From assembly GCA_020184695.1 (NCBI GenBank), contig JAANOX010000234.1, forward strand, positions 1 to 64,000: a stretch of 64,000 nucleotides of DNA. Reading direction: 5' to 3'. Position numbers and translations under genes: made by a program. Positions 44,152 through 57,075 of this stretch are shown here, in pieces. Origin of the DNA: Histomonas meleagridis 2922-C6/04-290x (taxonomy: Eukaryota; Protista; Parabasalia). Position 1 is the first letter of the stretch; each line of letters opens with the position of its first letter. The notes below the pieces were generated by a model. It had not been told where the DNA came from, searched no databases, and was given only the letters and a program-made list of their open reading frames with translations.

Positions 44152-47100
44152 TCATTCTTCAAATTCACTTGACTCATCATCAGATGTTGTTTCAGAAGAT
44201 TCGTCATCATCAGAATCTTTCGAAGCAGCCTTTAACATTTCTGCAATATTTGTTTGTTTCATTGAGGCTGCTCTTGGCTTATAATTACTTGCTATGGATG
44301 ATGAGCCGAAGTCAGATGATGAATCATCAAGTTCTATATCTGAGTCTGAATCCTCAAATGCAGTGCTCTTCTTTGTTGTGCTTCTTTTAGATGTTGTTGT
44401 TGCTGTAGGTTTCTTTGTTTCTTTCTTTACTTCCTTTTTAACAGGCGCTTTTTTCTTAGGCTCTGCTTTAGATTTCGTTACGCGTGGCTTCCGTTCTTTC
44501 TTTACTGGAGCTGCCTTCTTTTCATTAGTATTATTTGCGTCTACTTGTGCATCGACATCTGCTTTATTTGCACCTGCTTGTGAATCATTCTCTTGTGTTG
44601 GTGGTGTTACTTTAGGCTTTCGTTTACGTTGTGTAATTTTAACAGTAGATTTACTCTTACGTTTAGATCGAAGGACATCTTCTATTTGTGTTTGACGTTT
44701 TGCTTCTCGTTCTCTTTCGAATTTCTCATATTCTGCTTCAAACTCTTCTAGATCTTCAAGCCACATTTGAGTTGGCTGTTTTTCCATCATACGTTGCATA
44801 CTTTCTTGTGTTTGTTCTTTTTCTTTAAGTAATTTATGAAAACGTTCTTGTGTAAGAGTAGAAATTTTCATTGATAAAAGATAATTATAACCTTTACGTA
44901 ATGTGTCAATTTCTGTATCATTTTGATCTAATTGTTCTTCTTCTTCATCATTATTACCACCTGTATCAATTACATCATCTGCAACTTTCTTAGGAATATT
45001 ACCTTTAGTTTGATATAAATCATATTTACGTGCTTTTAAGTTAAGTAATATTGTCTTTTGTGGTATATTCCTAAGTTCAATAACTCCTTCAATAAACTCT
45101 TTAATGAAACGTGCTTGATTTGAGATATGTACAACTGCTATACGTAAATCTTCTAATATAGCCGTTTTACGTTCTTCATATAAACTAAGTCGAACATCAT
45201 AAAAATCATTAAGAATTTCTTCTGGTGAATGATATTGTTTAATACGACCTTCTGGATCAAATAAGGTCATATTCGATTCTTTAAGTGATTTAGATAATTT
45301 AAAGAATTTCTCAATTCCAATTGTTTTAATATGTTCCATTTGATCTTCATTAACATATACATCAAAATCAACAGTATTATTTGTAGAATTATCTCGAATA
45401 TCACTAATTAATGGTTCGAATTTAACTGGTTTTTCAGGTTCATCTGTTTTCTTCTTTCTACCTCTAGAAGTTGTAGATGTAGCTGTACCTTGTGAAGCTT
45501 TACCTTTAGTTTTATCTTTCTTTTCTTTAATACCTTCACCTGTAATTAATGATTCTAAAAATGATTTATATTTATTTGTCCATACTTCAATAGGTAATTC
45601 TGTAATTGATATCATTTCAGATGTAACTTCTTTAGCTATACCTTTAACCATATAAGTTGAACCTTCATCTTTATTTTGTCCAACTTTCTCTATTGTACCT
45701 GTAAATCCAGAATACCATGGAATCATTGGTTCTAATTCTTCACCATTAATTTTACGTTTAATATTTGCTACGATATCTTTAGGATTATAACATGGGACAT
45801 TTGAACTCCAACCTACACCTATACCATTTGAACCATTAACTAAAACCATTGGTATAATTGGTACATAATATTTAGGTTCAATTGGTATACCTTCATCTGT
45901 AAGATATTCTAATAATTGATCATCATCTTTATGAAAGATTTTTCTTGTGATTGGTGATAAACGTGTATAAATATAACGTGGCGCACCTGCATCTGTACCT
46001 CCTTTAAGTCTTGTACCAAATTGACCTTGTGGTACAAATAAATTAATATTATTACTCCATACAAATGATTGTGCCATAGCTGTAATTGTTTGATTTAATG
46101 AATCTTCTCCATGATGATAAGCAGATTGTTCAGAAACTTTACCTGCAAGTTGGACTACTTTAAGATCTTTGTTAATTTTATTCTTAAGTGATACCCATAA
46201 TACTTTTCTTTGACCTGGTTTAAGTCCATCTATTACTGAAGGGATTGCACGGACATTTGCATAATTACTAAATAAGATAAGTTCTTTATCAACAAAATCT
46301 TTATATGTAACTGTTGGCGTATCTTGACCTAAATATGTAGTAGCTGGATCTAGATTTGCTAACCATTGTTTACGATCATCTGCTCTTTTCTTTGAAAATG
46401 CTAATTGAATACATTCTTCATCATCTTGATTTTGATATTTAAAATAAATTCGATGTTTTTTCATATTTGAAAAATATTCTTTAGTTTCATCATCATCTGA
46501 TGTAGCCAAACCTTTATAATATTTAATTGCATAACCTCTACCATCATTATGTTCTTTTTTCCATGCTATAAATTCTGGTAATGTATAAAATGCTATAGGC
46601 TTTTCTTTACCTTTTGTAACTTTAACTATAGGTGTAATAAATTCACATAAAAATTTAGGTCTTTTAAGTAATGAAGGCCACATTGAATGAATAAAATTAA
46701 TAATTAATCCTTTGATATGTGAACCATCTTGATCTTGATCAGCCATAATCATAATTGAACCATATCGTAATTCTTTTAATGATTCTGCATCATCATATTT
46801 TTTACCTGGTTTTAATGCCATAATTTTCATGATGTTTTGGATTTCAGCATTCTTAGCTAATTTTGCTGCTGATATATCACGTGTATTTAATAATTTACCT
46901 CTTAATGGAAATACTCCAAAGTAATCATGTCCTACAACAGATACTCCAGTTACTGCCATACCTTTAGCAGAGTCTCCTTCTGTAAGAATTAATGTACATT
47001 CTGATGATTTAGCTCGTCCTGCTTCATTTGCATCTGTAAGTTTTGCCATACCATAAATTTTAGCTTGTTTCTTACCACCCATTTTTTGCATTGTACTATT

Positions 47101-48312
47101 TTCTTTATATTTTGCATATTCTCGAATGTAACCGGGGATTTCTGTCTTCATTAATTTCTTTAAGAAGTTTTCTGGTATATCACATTTACTACCAAATTCT
47201 TTCACTGGTAATGTTAATGTTTCTTTTGTTTGTGAATCAAAACTTGGATTTTCAATTAATGAATTAACAAATACAAATAAAAATTGTTTTGCCATATTCG
47301 TCTTAATTGAAACTTTGTTTGATCCTTTAGAAAGTTCTTGTACAAAAAATTTGGTAATTTGATTAGTTACTAAATCTACATGTGTACCACCTCTAATTGT
47401 AGATACTGCATTAACAAATGAAATTTGTTGAAATGATTGATCAGGTGATGCTGCTACTGCTATTCTCCAACGTGGATTAACTTCACATTGAATTAATGTC
47501 GCGCCTTCAGGTAAAAATAATTTACAATATTCTTCCCATGAACGAATTGGTGTACGTGAATTATTTAAATAAACTGCACATCCTTTAAGAACACCGGCCA
47601 TATCCCAAACACGTCGTGTTAATAGAGATATAATATCATCATCTAACCTATCCATATGAAATAATGATACATCTGGATAAAACTTAATAAGTGTTGATGT
47701 CTTGGGATTCCCACTTAACTTTTTGATTTTAGGTTTGCCAATGTTTTCCATATGATCTGTGAATTCTTGGGTGTATTTATAAAATTGACCTGTGCTAGGA
47801 TCTGTTGAAACACATTCGACAATGAATCGTGTTGAATAGATATTGGTAAGCTTGGCACCAAAGCCATTACGACCACCAGTAACACGCTTCTCTTCATCAT
47901 TGAAGTTAGATGAAGTTAATAAATTCCCGAAAATAAATTCTGGAATCCAATATTTCTTATCTTCCTTCTCAACATATTTCTCTTCAATTGGAATTCCTTT
48001 GCCATCATTCCAAACACTAATGTATCCTTCATCAGGATTGATTTCAACTTTGATTGTTTTTGTTGGAGGTTGTCTTTGACAGTTATCTGCTGCATTAACA
48101 AGAATTTCATCAAATATCTTGTATAAACCAGGTACGTAAGTGATTTCACGGTAATTCATCTTGCCATCATCGACAACCCATATTGGTTGTGTTGTTGCAG
48201 CTTTAGAGCCAATGTAACTTTCAGGCCTTTTAAGAATGTGTTCTCTAAGGTCTAACTTCTCGTAGTCCTCTTTGGAACCTACAGACATTGGTTCAGAGTC
48301 TTGACTGCTCAT
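44152..48312 (-). CDS. TOP2: DNA topoisomerase II (type IIA); start at ATG 48312
   Basis: EHILKRPESYIGS, GGRNGFGAKL, LILTEGDSA, PLRGKLLN, IMADQDQDGSH, YHHGE, active-site APRY. Confidence 0.98.
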   Translation of the reverse strand: MSSQDSEPMSVGSKEDYEKLDLREHILKRPESYIGSKAATTQPIWVVDDGKMNYREITYVPGLYKIFDEILVNAADNCQRQPPTKTIKVEINPDEGYISVWNDGKGIPIEEKYVEKEDKKYWIPEFIFGNLLTSSNFNDEEKRVTGGRNGFGAKLTNIYSTRFIVECVSTDPSTGQFYKYTQEFTDHMENIGKPKIKKLSGNPKTSTLIKFYPDVSLFHMDRLDDDIISLLTRRVWDMAGVLKGCAVYLNNSRTPIRSWEEYCKLFLPEGATLIQCEVNPRWRIAVAASPDQSFQQISFVNAVSTIRGGTHVDLVTNQITKFFVQELSKGSNKVSIKTNMAKQFLFVFVNSLIENPSFDSQTKETLTLPVKEFGSKCDIPENFLKKLMKTEIPGYIREYAKYKENSTMQKMGGKKQAKIYGMAKLTDANEAGRAKSSECTLILTEGDSAKGMAVTGVSVVGHDYFGVFPLRGKLLNTRDISAAKLAKNAEIQNIMKIMALKPGKKYDDAESLKELRYGSIMIMADQDQDGSHIKGLIINFIHSMWPSLLKRPKFLCEFITPIVKVTKGKEKPIAFYTLPEFIAWKKEHNDGRGYAIKYYKGLATSDDDETKEYFSNMKKHRIYFKYQNQDDEECIQLAFSKKRADDRKQWLANLDPATTYLGQDTPTVTYKDFVDKELILFSNYANVRAIPSVIDGLKPGQRKVLWVSLKNKINKDLKVVQLAGKVSEQSAYHHGEDSLNQTITAMAQSFVWSNNINLFVPQGQFGTRLKGGTDAGAPRYIYTRLSPITRKIFHKDDDQLLEYLTDEGIPIEPKYYVPIIPMVLVNGSNGIGVGWSSNVPCYNPKDIVANIKRKINGEELEPMIPWYSGFTGTIEKVGQNKDEGSTYMVKGIAKEVTSEMISITELPIEVWTNKYKSFLESLITGEGIKEKKDKTKGKASQGTATSTTSRGRKKKTDEPEKPVKFEPLISDIRDNSTNNTVDFDVYVNEDQMEHIKTIGIEKFFKLSKSLKESNMTLFDPEGRIKQYHSPEEILNDFYDVRLSLYEERKTAILEDLRIAVVHISNQARFIKEFIEGVIELRNIPQKTILLNLKARKYDLYQTKGNIPKKVADDVIDTGGNNDEEEEQLDQNDTEIDTLRKGYNYLLSMKISTLTQERFHKLLKEKEQTQESMQRMMEKQPTQMWLEDLEEFEAEYEKFEREREAKRQTQIEDVLRSKRKSKSTVKITQRKRKPKVTPPTQENDSQAGANKADVDAQVDANNTNEKKAAPVKKERKPRVTKSKAEPKKKAPVKKEVKKETKKPTATTTSKRSTTKKSTAFEDSDSDIELDDSSSDFGSSSIASNYKPRAASMKQTNIAEMLKAASKDSDDDESSETTSDDESSEFEE

Positions 48313-48345
48313 TTTAAAAACTGGCCAGGAATTAATAAACGGAAA

Positions 48346-48353
48346 CAACCGTC
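48346..48353 (-). promoter_or_regulatory. M3-like motif GACGGTTG upstream of TOP2
   Basis: Fits the M3 consensus, 33 nt upstream of the TOP2 ATG. Confidence 0.5.
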
Positions 48354-48398
48354 AAAAATTATTTCACTTGGCTTTTGACAAAAGTGACGAGTTTACTT

Positions 48399-48418
48399 GG
48401 CGGTTGTGGTTGGCCTTT
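48399..48418 (+). promoter_or_regulatory. M3 (GGCGGTTG) plus M5 (CCTTT) core promoter of RPS21
   Basis: Same 7-nt spacing as upstream of RPLP2; M5 lies 4 nt before the ATG. Confidence 0.8.
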
Positions 48419-48422
48419 TCTA

Positions 48423-48677
48423 ATGCAGAACGAAAAAGGAGAAGTTGTTGATAGACTTATCCCGCGTAAGTGTGATGCCACACATCGCTTAATCCCACCA
48501 CATGATCATGCTTCTGTTCAATTTAGAATTGCTAAATTAAATGAAGAAGGTCTCCCAACAGGTGAATTCGAAACAGTTGTTTTCTCAGGTTACCTTCGAA
48601 ACCTTGGTGAAGCTGATAATGCCCTCAATCGTATTGCTACCGAAAAGGGATTACTCCAAAACGTTTATCGTGCATAA
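48423..48677 (+). CDS. RPS21: 40S ribosomal protein S21
   Basis: MQNEKGEVVDRLIPRKCDATHRLI..DHASVQ; ATG at 48423. Confidence 0.95.
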   Translation: MQNEKGEVVDRLIPRKCDATHRLIPPHDHASVQFRIAKLNEEGLPTGEFETVVFSGYLRNLGEADNALNRIATEKGLLQNVYRA

Positions 48678-48923
48678 ATTAATTTAATTTAAATTTTTTT
48701 TTATATATAAATATATTTTACATGAACTTTCAACAACACAATATTATATTTCATAAATGTATATTTATTCATTTAAATTAATTTAAATCATCTGAAAATC
48801 TTTCAGTTTAAAGCTTTAATCAATTGATTTTGTGTTCTTAAAAGAAAATTCCTTTGGGTAAAAAAATAATGATTACTTCTATCTAAATGTTTACATAATT
48901 CTTAAATAACAATAAATTTTTTT

Positions 48924-51900
48924 TTAATTGTTTGATGCATTATTATTATAACCGAGCGAATTAAATTCTTTTTCATAAATCCATTTCGTCCTATATTGTT
49001 CAAATGGGAAAAATTGGGGATTTCCTTTTTCATCAGTGGCCGTTACCCCGAATCTAACCGAAACCGATGTGATTCTTAACGGCTTTGAATAAACGTTCGT
49101 TCCCTTTATAGAAATTATTTTTTCTCCAATTACAGAACCATTCTTTTTTGGAGCTAACGATTTTACTTTATTAGCAAAAATACATACAAATTCTTCATTT
49201 GGATATTTAATATATATGTGATCATTATACATTTGAATAATTTGACCTTGTTTTCCATTAAAGTCTACTAAATCTCCAAAAAATAATGGGAAATTTTCTT
49301 CATCAATCATGTGTGGTTGATTTTGAAGTTTCCCTATGATTTGATCATCTGTGACTGATTCTATTTGATTATCTTGTCTAATTACGACATAGTTTGATGC
49401 GTTGGTTTGTATTACAGTTGATGGAATTCCTGAATTAAGTTTAACTAAATCATATGGATAATATTTTATTCGTTTCATTTTTTTATTGCTTTTCGATTTT
49501 TTCGAATGTTCTTGTTTTGACTTACCAATATGTTTATCATTATTATTATCTGGAGTAACACTATCCGTTTTGTCTTGCGTAATTTGTTCAATTGTTTTTG
49601 CTATAATATCTTGTATATCTTCAATTTTTTCCTGGCTTTTAATTTTACTTACCGTATTTTTAATTTCGCTATCTGTCATTGGTTCTCTAATTGTTTGGAT
49701 TTTTTGATTTGGCTGACGAAGTATTCGAATTTCTTTGATAAGTTTTGTTTTCTGCTGAGATTGAAGTGGTATTTGTGTATTCTGTTGGGGAAGCGCAATT
49801 TTGGTTGATTCTTTATTCTGCTGTAGTGATTGCGGTTGGATAACAAATTCTTTGGACAAATGCTCATTATGGGATAGAACTTCTTTCGTTTGCTGCGGTA
49901 TTTCTTTAATTATTTGAATATTTTGTTGCGTCTGTTGTTGAGGAGGTATTTCTTTAATTATGTGAATATTTTGTTGAGGAGGTATTTCTTTTGTTACATG
50001 AATGCTTTGTTGTGTTTGTTGTAGCTGTGGTATTTCTTTTATTACGTGAATATTTTGTTGTTTCTGTTGTTGAGGAGGTATTTCTTTAATTATTTGATTA
50101 TTTTGTTGTTTCTGTTGTTGAGGAGGTATTTCTTTTATTACATGAATATTTTGTTGCTTCTGTTGTTGCTGTGGTATTTCTTTTATTACGTGAATATTTT
50201 GTTGTTTCTGTTGTTGAGGAGGTATTTCTTTAATTATTTGATTATTTTGTTGTTTCTGTTGTTGAGGAGGTATTTCTTTTATTACATGAATATTTTGTTG
50301 CTTCTGTTGTTGCTGTGGTATTTCTTTTATTACGTGAATATTTTGTTGTTTCTGTTGTTGAGGAGGTATTTCTTTAATTATTTGATTATTTTGTTGAGGA
50401 AGTATCTCTTTTATTATTTGATTATTTTGTTGAGGAGGTATTTCTTTTATTACGTGAATATTTTGTTGCTTCTGTTGTTGAGGAGGTATTTCTTTTATTA
50501 CGTGAATATTTTGTTGCGTCTGTTGTTGAGGAAGTATTTCTTTAATTATTTGATTATTTTGTTGAGGAGGTATTTCTTTTATTACGTGAATATTTTGTTG
50601 CTTCTGTTGTTGAGGAAGTATCTCTTTTATTATTTGATTATTTTGTTGAGGAGGTATTTCTTTTATTACGTGAATATTTTGTTGTTTCTGTTGTTGCTGT
50701 GGTATTTCTTTAATTATTTGAATATTTTGTTGTTTCTGTTGTTGCTGTGGTATTTCTTTTATTACGTGAATATTTTGTTGTTTCTGTTGTTGAGGAGGTA
50801 TTTCTTTAATTATTTGATTATTTTGTTGAGGAGGTATTTCTTTTATTACGTGAATATTTTGTTGTTTCTGTTGTTGCTGTGGTATTTCTTTTATTACGTG
50901 AATATTTTGTTGTTTCTGTTGTTGAGGAGGTATTTCTTTTATTACATGAATATTTTGTTGCTTCTGTTGTTGCTGTGGTATTTCTTTTATTACGTGAATA
51001 TTTTGTTGTTTCTGTTGTTGAGGAGGTATTTCTTTAATTATTTGATTATTTTGTTGAGGAAGTATCTCTTTTATTATTTGATTATTTTGTTGAGGAGGTA
51101 TTTCTTTTATTACGTGAATATTTTGTTGCTTCTGTTGTTGAGGAGGTATTTCTTTAATTATTTGATTATTTTGTTGAGGAGGTATTTCTTTTATTACGTG
51201 AATGCTTTGTTGTGTTTGTTGTTGAGGAGGTATTTCTTTAATTATTTGAATATTTTGTTGTTTCTGTTGTTGAGGAGGTATTTCTTTAATTATTTGAATA
51301 TTTTGTTGTTTCTTTTGTTGCTGTGGTATTTCTTTAATTATTTGATTATTTTGTTGAGGAAGTATCTCTTTTATTATTTGATTATTTTGTTGAGGAGGTA
51401 TTTCTTTTATTACGTGAATATTTTGTTGCTTCTGTTGTTGAGGAGGTATTTCTTTTATTACGTGAATATTTTGTTGCGTCTGTTGTTGAGGAAGTATCTC
51501 TTTTATTATTTGATTATTTTGTTGAGGAGGTATTTCTTTTATTACATGAATATTTTGTTGTGGCTGTTTTTTCTGTGGTATTTCTTTTGTTACATGAATG
51601 TTTTGTTGTGCCTGTTTTTTCTGTGGTATCTCTTTAATTATTTGATTATTTTGTTGAGCAGGGATTTCTTTAATTATTTGATTATTTTGTTGAGGAGGTA
51701 TCTCTTTTATTATTTGATTATTTTGTTGAGGAAGTATCTCTTTTATTACGTGAATATTTTGTTGCTTCTGTTGTTGAGGAGGTATCTCTTTTATTATTTG
51801 ATTATTTTGTTGAGGAGGTATTTCTTTTATTACATGAATGCTTTGTTGTGTTTGTTGTTGAGGAGGTATTTCTTTTGTTACATGAATATTTTGTTGTGGC

Positions 51901-54900
51901 TGTTTTTTCTGTGGTATTTCTTTTATTATTTGAATGTCTTGTTGAGGAGGTGTTTCTTTTTGTTGTTGACTTTGTTGTTGAATTTTTTCTTTTATTAATT
52001 GAAGATTTTGTTGTTTCTGGTGTCTAGGTGATTCGTTTATTGTTTTCAATTTATGTTGCTGAATTTGTTGTTGAGGATTTTCTTTATTCATTTGGGAAAT
52101 TTGTTGTTGTATAGAATCTTCATTTATGTTTTGTTGCTCTTGTTTTAAGTCTTTTATTAATTGGGGTTTTTTATTTGTTTGCATTTGTGGTGGTATCTCT
52201 GTAATTAGTTGTGGTTGATGTTGAATTTGTTGTTGAGGCATTTCTCCTATGTATCTTGGTTTCTGCTGCTGTATATCTCTTATCATTTGTATGTTTTGCT
52301 GAATCTGTTGTTGTTGTGGAGGTTTTTCTTCTATTATTTGTGGCTTCTGCTGCTGTATTTCTTTGATTAATTTAGGCACCTGTTGTGCTTGTACCTGTGG
52401 AGGATTTTCTTCGATTAATTGTGGTTTCTGTTGATACATTTTTTCTCTTTGTTGTAAGTTTTGTTGTTGCACTGTATTTTGTATTTTTCCTGCAAAATTT
52501 TTTTGCTGCATGAGTGGATTTCTTACTTGCTGAACATATTCTGGTTCTTTTTTCCTTGGTTGATTTTCATTTAATTCTTTTCCCCTTTCTAAATCCTTAA
52601 GTTGATTGAGAGATAATTTTTGCATACTTATATCCAATTCAGCATTTGTCTTCCTTTTAGTTGGAGATTGAATACGTATTACTGATTTTTTGATATATTG
52701 AAAAGGAACTTTTGAATTTTGATTGTTATTATTTAATGTGTTTTTTGGAGAACTTATTTGTTGTGGCATTTCGTTATTTTGTCTGTTATGTATATTTTGA
52801 TTATTTTCTAAATTTGAGATATTTTGTATTTTGGGTTTTTCTTGGACTTGTCCAAAGCTTTTTTGAGGAGAGGGAATATTTGTTGGTACAACATTTTGGT
52901 CTTGCTGAATGTTTACTTGTTCAATTGATTCGTTTTTTGTATTTTTAGGTTTTTCATCTTCTTTTGGTTCTTTTATTTGTATATTTGTTTGATTAACCGC
53001 AGTATTATTTTGTAGTTTTGCTTCATCATTTTTACTTTTAATTTGTATTGCAGAAGTGCTTGTTTGACTCATTGTATTGTTTTGTAGTTTTGCTTCATCA
53101 TTTTTACTTTTAATTTGTATTGCAGAAGTGCTTGTTTGACTCATTGTATTGTTTTGTAGTTTTGCTTCATCATTTTTACTTTTAATTTGTATTGCAGAAG
53201 TGCTTGTTTGACTCATTGTATTGTTTTGTAGTTTTGCTTCATCATTTTTACTTTTAATTTGTATTGCAGAAGTGCTTGTTTGACTCATTGTATTGTTTTG
53301 TAGTTTTGCTTCATCATTTTTACTTTTAATTTGTATTGCAGAAGTGCTTGTTTGACTCATTGTATTGTTTTGTAGTTTTGCTTCATCATTTTTACTTTTA
53401 ATTTGTATTGCAGAAGTGCTTGTTTGACTCATTGTATTGTTTTTTTGTTTTTGTAGTTTTTGCTTCATCATTTTTTTACTTTTTAATTTGTATTGCAGAA
53501 GTGCTTGTTTGACTCATTGTTTTGTTTTGTGTTTTTGCTTCATCATTTTTACTTTTAATTTGTATTGCAGAAGTGCTTGTTTGACTCATTGTATTGTTTT
53601 GTAGTTTTGCTTCATCATTTTTACTTTTAATTTGTATTGCAGAAGTGCTTGTTTGACTCATTGTATTGTTTTGTAGTTTTGCTTCATCATTTTTACTTTT
53701 AATTTGTATTGCAGAAGTGCTTGTTTGACTCATTGTATTGTTTTTAGCCTCCAATTCATCCATTTGATCATTTTGTGATATTAAATTTAAATTCTGTTTT
53801 ACTTCATTTATTTGTTGATTTGTTTCATTTATATGGTCATTGGTTTGAAGTTTCTCTTCATTTGCTTTATCATTAGTTATATCATGTTGTTTTATTGATT
53901 CTCTAGTTTGTTGATTCGTTTTATTTATTTGGTCAGTTGAATTGATATTTTGCTCATTTTGATTAATATTTTGATTTATTTCATTTGTTTTTTGAGGCGC
54001 ACTTTTATTATTTTGCTGTATTTCTTTTTCATGGTTTGAAATAAAATCAGATTGAGTCTTTTCGTGATTCGTTTGTATTGTATTTTGTGAATTTTGCGCC
54101 TGATGTTGATTTTCTGGTTGACTTATCTGTGACCGCGTTTGCTGTGTTGAATTATTATTTTGATTTATTTTAGTTTCATAATTTTTTTGTTGTGATGATT
54201 TTTCATTTTGTTGATTTTGCGTATGAGAATATGTTTGCTTTACTTCATTTGTAACATTACTTGGATTCACCATATAATTGTTTAGTGGCATTTGATAATT
54301 TCTTTGATTATTATCATTAGATTGATGGTTTAATGGCTTGAAATTTTGATAATTATTTTGTTTTGTTTGCTCAGGTTCATTTTTGTTTTGTTGCTTTTCA
54401 AAATATCTTTGATTTAATGGATTTATTTGTATTGCATTTTGATATTGAGCTTTTGCTTCATTTTCTTTATTTGCAACATTATTATTTACTCGTGGATTTA
54501 TGTTATTAATTTGATTATTTGGTTTTCTTTGTTCAGACATAAATTGCTCCATAGTTTTATGAAACATTAATGATTTTTGTTCAATGGCTTCAATTTTTGA
54601 TTTTTGCATATTTTCAATAAACAAAACATTTTTAGCTTCAAAAGGTGATAAACCATTTGCAAATATGTTATATTCTTCTTCTTTTAATTTTAGATTCATG
54701 AGTTGAAGACTTTCCATAGAATAAAAAGAATACATAAACTTTCCTATGTAAATATCACCATCCCATTCAATGGCATCAATGAATTCATTTGGATTAAATG
54801 GATTTAGTTTTTTCACAAATTTTGTACGACCGGCAAAAAAATCTTTTTCAAAAGGGCAAGGAGCAGGATTATAACTAATTGGCATGGTACTGTTGAGATG

Positions 54901-55449
54901 CTTTTGACTGAGGTCATGTGTAGATTTAAGTTTTTCATAATCAATGTGTGGATAATGTTTTACATAAATTTTTTTGTTTTTTACATCGACTGCAATGACT
55001 TGCCCAGGGTCTCTTCTATTAATGCGAATTATTTTACCTGGAGTAAATTTATAAAAACGAATTGAAGATCCAAAATTAATTACATTATTTTTAAAATCTT
55101 CAGATATCGTAATATTTCCCTCTACCAATTCCAATAGAGCTTCTTTATCTGTAGCTTCTATTTGAATAATATTTTCTCCATTTTGAAAAAATGAAATTGA
55201 TAATATGGAATCTATTTTTTTCATTTTTTTTCTTTTTCTCGCTAATGCTACAAAAAATTCATAGGGGTTTCCTTGTTTAACATGAATTTCATAAATTGGT
55301 GGGGTGCCTTTTAATATTAATTGATCTTGTTCTCTATAAATTCCAAGTTTTACGCTATCACATGTTAAGGGTATAGATGGGCGAATCAATTGAGATAAAG
55401 TAAGAGATCGATTTGTGTTTTGATTCGAAGAAGAATTGGAAAAGATCAT
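48924..55449 (-). CDS. Divergent Spt5-like protein (NGN-KOW1 ... C-terminal KOW-like domains) with a very large low-complexity insertion; split at ~53440-53485 by homopolymer indels
   Basis: N-terminal PPIYEIHVKQG..ALARK..QIEATDKEALLELVEG..PGKIIRI..GQVIAVD..KHYPHIDYEKL; C-terminal YPYDLVKLNSGIPSTVIQTNASNYVVIRQDNQIESV and FGDLVDFNGKQGQIIQM. Confidence 0.65.
49900..51960 (-). repeat. About 47 intragenic units of 36 or 48 nt (KEIPPQQNNQII / KEIPPQQQKQQNIHVI)
   Basis: Counted from the ORF translation. Confidence 0.95.
53003..53742 (-). repeat. Ten near-identical 72-nt units (NNTMSQTSTSAIQIKSKNDEAKLQ)
   Basis: Four units in ORF 53476..55449 and six in ORF 48924..53471. Confidence 0.95.
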
Positions 55450-55528
55450 TTAACGTACGTTAAAAAGGACTATCAAATTTCAAAAATTTTAATCACATTT
55501 CTTGTTTACTTAATATGATTCAAACAAT

Positions 55529-56665
55529 TTAATTAGGAAGGTATTCTCTAATCTTTGCTTTTTGTTCAGGTGACAAGTATGTTGGATATCTTACATTAAA
55601 TTTCACAATCATATCACCACGTTCTCCATTCTTTGTTCTCATACCTTCACCACGAATTCTACGTTCGGAACCATTCTGAATAACATCATTAATGTTCAAT
55701 CTTATTACACGACCATCAATACCAACTTTGCTAAATGTGAATCCACAGAGTGCATCTCGTAAACCAATTGTTTCTTCACAATACAAATCATCTTTGACAC
55801 GTTTGTAAACGCTATGTGGAACTTCTTTCACAATAAATTGAACATCTTGGGGTGGAAGTCCTTGTTTCCTATCACCTTCTCCTTCAAATGTAATCTTTGT
55901 TCCATCCTTCCACCATGGCTTCAATTCTACCATGAGAATCTTTTCTTCTTCTTGGCCATAAACGTTTCTTCTAACTTTCAATTTCCTTGTTACACAGTTA
56001 TTCAACTGCTCGAGCGTACATGGTAACTCTATTCTCAATGGCGGAATTGTTTGTGGTTGTCTTGAGAATCCGTGGTTTCCGCCAATAAATGAATCATCCA
56101 TACTTGCGTTTCCGAATCCAAAATGATTTCCAAATCCATCACCACCTACTCTATGTCCTCTACCTTTATATGGGCCATCATTCATTTGATCTTGGAACAT
56201 GTCAAAATCATCGAAACTTCTGAAATTACCATTTTGTCCTCCCATGCGGTGACCATTTATTCTAACATTTGGATTTCCACCGCCCATTCTGCCGAAACCA
56301 AAACCGCCAAGATTACCAAATATATTTCTGAATAAATCTTCTGCTTGTTCTTGTGTAAACTCATATCTGAAACCACCATTTGGTGAACCTCCGGCAAATC
56401 CTTCCATGTTTGGACCTGATGGATTTGGATTTCCTCCAACTTTAAGACCTTCTTCTCCATATTTATCATATATTTCTCGCTTTTTTGGATCACTAAGAAC
56501 ATCATATGCTTCTGATATTTCTTGGAATTTTGCTTGCGCTTGTTCTTGATTATTAATGTTTTTATCTGGATGCCATTTCATTGCTAATTTACGATATGCT
56601 TTTTTTAGTGTTGTAGCATCTGCATTACGTGGTACACCTAAAATAGCATAAAAATCTTTTCCCAT
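55529..56665 (-). CDS. DnaJ/Hsp40 class B (Sis1/DNAJB-like)
   Basis: J-domain with HPD, G/F-rich region, C-terminal [15 protein letters not shown]; no Zn finger. Confidence 0.95.
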   Translation of the reverse strand: MGKDFYAILGVPRNADATTLKKAYRKLAMKWHPDKNINNQEQAQAKFQEISEAYDVLSDPKKREIYDKYGEEGLKVGGNPNPSGPNMEGFAGGSPNGGFRYEFTQEQAEDLFRNIFGNLGGFGFGRMGGGNPNVRINGHRMGGQNGNFRSFDDFDMFQDQMNDGPYKGRGHRVGGDGFGNHFGFGNASMDDSFIGGNHGFSRQPQTIPPLRIELPCTLEQLNNCVTRKLKVRRNVYGQEEEKILMVELKPWWKDGTKITFEGEGDRKQGLPPQDVQFIVKEVPHSVYKRVKDDLYCEETIGLRDALCGFTFSKVGIDGRVIRLNINDVIQNGSERRIRGEGMRTKNGERGDMIVKFNVRYPTYLSPEQKAKIREYLPN

Positions 56666-57075
56666 CTGTAAAAAAAAATGATTTTATTTCAGTTCATTGT
56701 TTTTTTCAATATGATATGTGGCCGAATACATAGAATTCAATGAAAGTTTAGCTGCCAAATTTTCATTCAACTAAACGTTTTTTTGGATTGAAAAAGATGA
56801 TTTCAGAGCTTTTGAATATGTCATTAATATTGAGAGTTTATATTCTGTTAAGGGTTTACTGAAAACGACACTTTAGTTTTTCTTCAATTCTTAATTTTAA
56901 ATCCATAATCAGGGTATAGTAAATGCAATATATTCTCAATCATTTAAAAAATGGTAAGTTTATGAAAATATTACTATTAGAAAACAAGAATAAAAATTTA
57001 GTTTTGTCAAATAAGACACCTCAATTGAGTTAATATTTTATGTATTAATATGAAAGAAAGGATAAAATTTTGAAT

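Noticed and set aside
50046-51998. 650-aa hydrophobic plus-strand ORF
   Set aside because: Antisense shadow of the KEIPPQQ repeat array.
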